DNA of 64,000 nt from Naegleria gruberi (lineage: Eukaryota), in NCBI GenBank assembly GCA_000004985.1, contig GG738888.1. One strand, written 5' to 3'. The notes beneath the pieces are model-generated. The model ran no database searches and was not told the origin of the DNA. It worked only from the letters and a program-made list of their open reading frames with translations. Below are positions 62,601 to 64,000 of this stretch, one piece after another. The position numbers and the translations under genes were made by a program. How positions within the stretch are numbered: the first letter of the stretch is position 1; each line of letters starts with the position of its first letter.

Positions 62601-63938
62601 TCCGTGATTTTCCTTATCAAGTTGATTTTGAACTTCTTCCAATCTCTTACGAGTATTTTGAATTTCATTCTTGAGTTCAGGAATAATACTGAGATCCTTC
62701 TTCAATTCAGAAACCAAAGTTTCTTCAACGTTCAATTCAGTGACTCTATCTTGCAAAGAGAGAATATTGTTTTGAAGTTGGCTGAGGGTTGAACCTTGTT
62801 CTTGCTTTTCCATTTCAAGTCTATCAATCTTTCTCTTCAGCTTGTCAATTTCAAGGTCCTTATCTTCAGAAACCTTTTGTCCCTTTTTGATTCTCATATC
62901 GGATTCATTAATTCTCTCAGTAAGCTCGGATCTAGTATTAAGAAGGATTTCAATTTGTTCTTGAAGCTTTTCAGCCAATTCCTTTTGACTCTTAGTCTTC
63001 TTATCTTGAAGCTCGTTTTGTTCTCTCAAAGAGATTGACAAATCTTGTAATTCTTTTTCGAGATTTGCTCTTTGATGTGCAGAAATCGCAATTTCTTCTC
63101 TTGATTGATCGAGTTCCTTCTTGAGTTGGGAAATTTCAACATCTCTCTTACCCTTTTCTTCAGTCAGAACTTGTTGAAGTTGAAGTAATTCTTCTCTCAA
63201 TTGCTTTTCAACACCCTTTTGTGTTGTAATACGATCATTAGCTTCTGATTCAAGTCTCTTCATTTCTTCTTCCTTACCTCTGGAACGTTCTCTTAGGATA
63301 CTAACTTCGTTTCTTAATTGTACAGTATCATCCCTATATTGAAGGAGATCATCGACTTGTCTTTGCAAATCATTAATAATTTTTTGTTTTTTCTGATTTT
63401 CAAACTTAATTTGTTGGACCTGGGTTAATTGTTGTCTTAAGAGTCTAACAGAATCATCGTCATCACCACCCTTCTCCATATTTAGTTTGCTCTTCTCTAA
63501 CAGCTTTTGGAATTCTCTAAATTCAGTTTCTTCATCTTGTATATCTTGTTGATATTGTTGATGTTGTTGCTGTTGTTGAAGCTCGGCCTCCTCGGAAAGT
63601 TTTCTATAGATCTTCTCACCAGTTGGGCTAAGGAATTTGGCAAAATCATCAGAAGGTTGTTCTCTCATAGAATCTCTAGGGTCTTCTTCTATCATTGATG
63701 ATGATGTTTGTCTTCTAGAAGTACTGTTTGATCTTCTTTTTGGAGTTTTATAATAAGAGTTTGAGCCTCTAATAGGAGATTCTTTAAGGGAAGTTGGGCT
63801 TGATACTGGGTCAATCATTCTTGATGATGCCTTAGTTGTGCTAATAGACATTGAACGATTATTAGTATTATTTGCGTTTGGAGTAAAACTCGTTCGCCTC
63901 TTAGGGGTTGATTCATACATGAAAGAGTCTTGATCCAT
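59697..63938 (-). CDS. Very large coiled-coil protein (1413 aa), single exon
   Basis: Uninterrupted 4.2-kb ORF. The N-terminus is S/T/R-rich, followed by about 1000 aa of heptad-repeat E/K/L/Q-rich sequence and a short globular C-terminus. Family unknown. Confidence 0.5.
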   Translation of the reverse strand: MDQDSFMYESTPKRRTSFTPNANNTNNRSMSISTTKASSRMIDPVSSPTSLKESPIRGSNSYYKTPKRRSNSTSRRQTSSSMIEEDPRDSMREQPSDDFAKFLSPTGEKIYRKLSEEAELQQQQQHQQYQQDIQDEETEFREFQKLLEKSKLNMEKGGDDDDSVRLLRQQLTQVQQIKFENQKKQKIINDLQRQVDDLLQYRDDTVQLRNEVSILRERSRGKEEEMKRLESEANDRITTQKGVEKQLREELLQLQQVLTEEKGKRDVEISQLKKELDQSREEIAISAHQRANLEKELQDLSISLREQNELQDKKTKSQKELAEKLQEQIEILLNTRSELTERINESDMRIKKGQKVSEDKDLEIDKLKRKIDRLEMEKQEQGSTLSQLQNNILSLQDRVTELNVEETLVSELKKDLSIIPELKNEIQNTRKRLEEVQNQLDKENHGKQLVTEELRKMNEINDNLEAYIADLKDENDQLKDRLDELSKVKAENDFLQRELSHYKDTSERITEQYNSAVSQRDLKESEVGSAHGSLASDFYAMMKTVEHVLEGHEYSRNEDDSQLNKKALEAVKPNYKALKSKVLDALDDLIVSRDKCKILQDELDGLSSNFQNLNHDHSDTYKELINLKKQLSDGEKVNRALKEQKQELEDSVNELEELLDSHQEEEKNRLRYVYSLYKMLKDTPTNDRRNGSPLRGRPQGSDSDEPISWETFQSLFSEQVTAHLVERESLKKEAAAQKEKIADLNARLEEANKTMKANMEKYESERSELEKNYQGEIDEQRSKFEHQIEMLEIDYTEKVKELEEALRETQEQLSDTTGKLKKSTMIVEVLKTELRDSQIDQNKLHNGLKLLARGIRPMKDRIDDLKMHKVVLKSQLRQYERLLKGVYETVKSLSTEFEVVSEFEFPREYSSEKPKTSFRAAVLAVIIGNRFNKLLLQKREEKEGSTLYYTVGGDRLGLLAPEAINDNRELQIPMDEYKGSIHAYLQLVGQLDNEFDEPREDLSLMRSLHDGLQATINRQLITGYKYNGNDSFSTPIKKQLKTIVHSSPQKRGLSVVQQTTVGVVKSLRELKSEKGSLQKKCVQLTEEVERVSKRAEEMEEIIKKKSELVSFMENRINDLEEENLNLIEPEKFDMLKKEVEKLRSNYTTVQFEKEQFKQEFESQLSQLNQYRSDLQELQDQLSEKTQKLDSASRELELKRDECSKLFNTSKKTSEMLSELEREKSKYENMVSDLRQKLFKKPKDASIFSDSDSLTNTSISSTNTTSKYTSGFASKPTLNTTLQKEEQTPKATPSAYSSISKTPTSAFGSVKKKVERDLSASHKIMKTLNESNAKTSREVQELDKELKNARAHLAELQNSLSMSTSSPARKITSPGRPNKRMTVEEILNRSTEFDYDPYEDLGSSSRSKSKYSNY

Positions 63939-64000
63939 CCTAGTTAATATGTAATGGTATTTTTTTGAATAATTTTGTGAAACGACTATCGTTTTTGGCG

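Noticed and set aside
1-64000. Possibility that the window is from Dictyostelium discoideum or another aflagellate dictyostelid
   Set aside because: Coding GC (about 38-42%) is much higher than in D. discoideum. Many introns are 36-50 nt. A bona fide axonemal dynein light chain gene is present. The lineage is therefore different and unresolved.
1-64000. Search for prokaryote-type defence or mobile systems (CRISPR, restriction-modification, toxin-antitoxin, transposases)
   Set aside because: None is present. All ORFs have eukaryotic homologues or eukaryotic gene structure. No repeat-spacer arrays, terminal inverted repeats, LTRs or reverse-transcriptase or integrase ORFs were seen, including around the tRNA gene.

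Overview
This window is a compact, AT-rich (about 35% GC) eukaryotic nuclear chromosome segment. It contains no prokaryotic operons, CRISPR arrays or recognisable mobile elements.

COMPOSITION: Roughly 45 protein-coding genes lie on both strands in 64 kb, about one gene per 1.5 kb. About half are single-exon. The rest carry very short spliceosomal introns of 36-125 nt, most 37-50 nt, with GTAAGT/GTATGT/GTAGGT donors and AT-rich (T/A)AG acceptors. A Pol III island holds a 5S rRNA gene and a tRNA-Asp(GTC) gene, each followed by a T5 terminator.

PROTEIN CALLS: Many gene calls are supported by strong motif-level similarity to conserved eukaryotic proteins. These are SPT5, Y14/RBM8A, NAD-IDH3, HGPRT, a class II cAMP phosphodiesterase, an equilibrative nucleoside transporter (ENT), POP7/Rpp20, POP5, NR2C2AP, a PQ-loop protein, a CDGSH iron-sulfur protein, an SVOP-like MFS transporter, a HERPUD-like protein, an SCY1-like pseudokinase, Hsp20, RGP1, ALKBH6-like, DIS3L2-like RNB exoribonuclease, a Ras-like GTPase, axonemal inner-arm dynein light chain p28/DNALI1, mitochondrial RF1 and SH3BGR.

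ORGANISM: Proteins are rich in poly-N/Q/T/S/H tracts, which is dictyostelid-like. However, DNALI1 implies the organism builds motile cilia or flagella, and mitochondrial genes (IDH3, mtRF1, a PPR-like protein) are present. I cannot name the organism. The features point to an intron-poor, ciliated or flagellated unicellular non-metazoan eukaryote.

NO NOVEL DEFENCE SYSTEM: No novel defence-type system is evident.

LEADS: The notable observations are a 5-nt microexon in the Ras-like gene, four convergent gene pairs whose stop codons abut or overlap, a possible unannotated ncRNA in the Pol III island, an orphan SNARE-motif exon, and a membrane-anchored form of the class II phosphodiesterase.

HOW COORDINATES WERE DERIVED: All coordinates were derived by hand from the sequence and the ORF track. 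No database searches were run.
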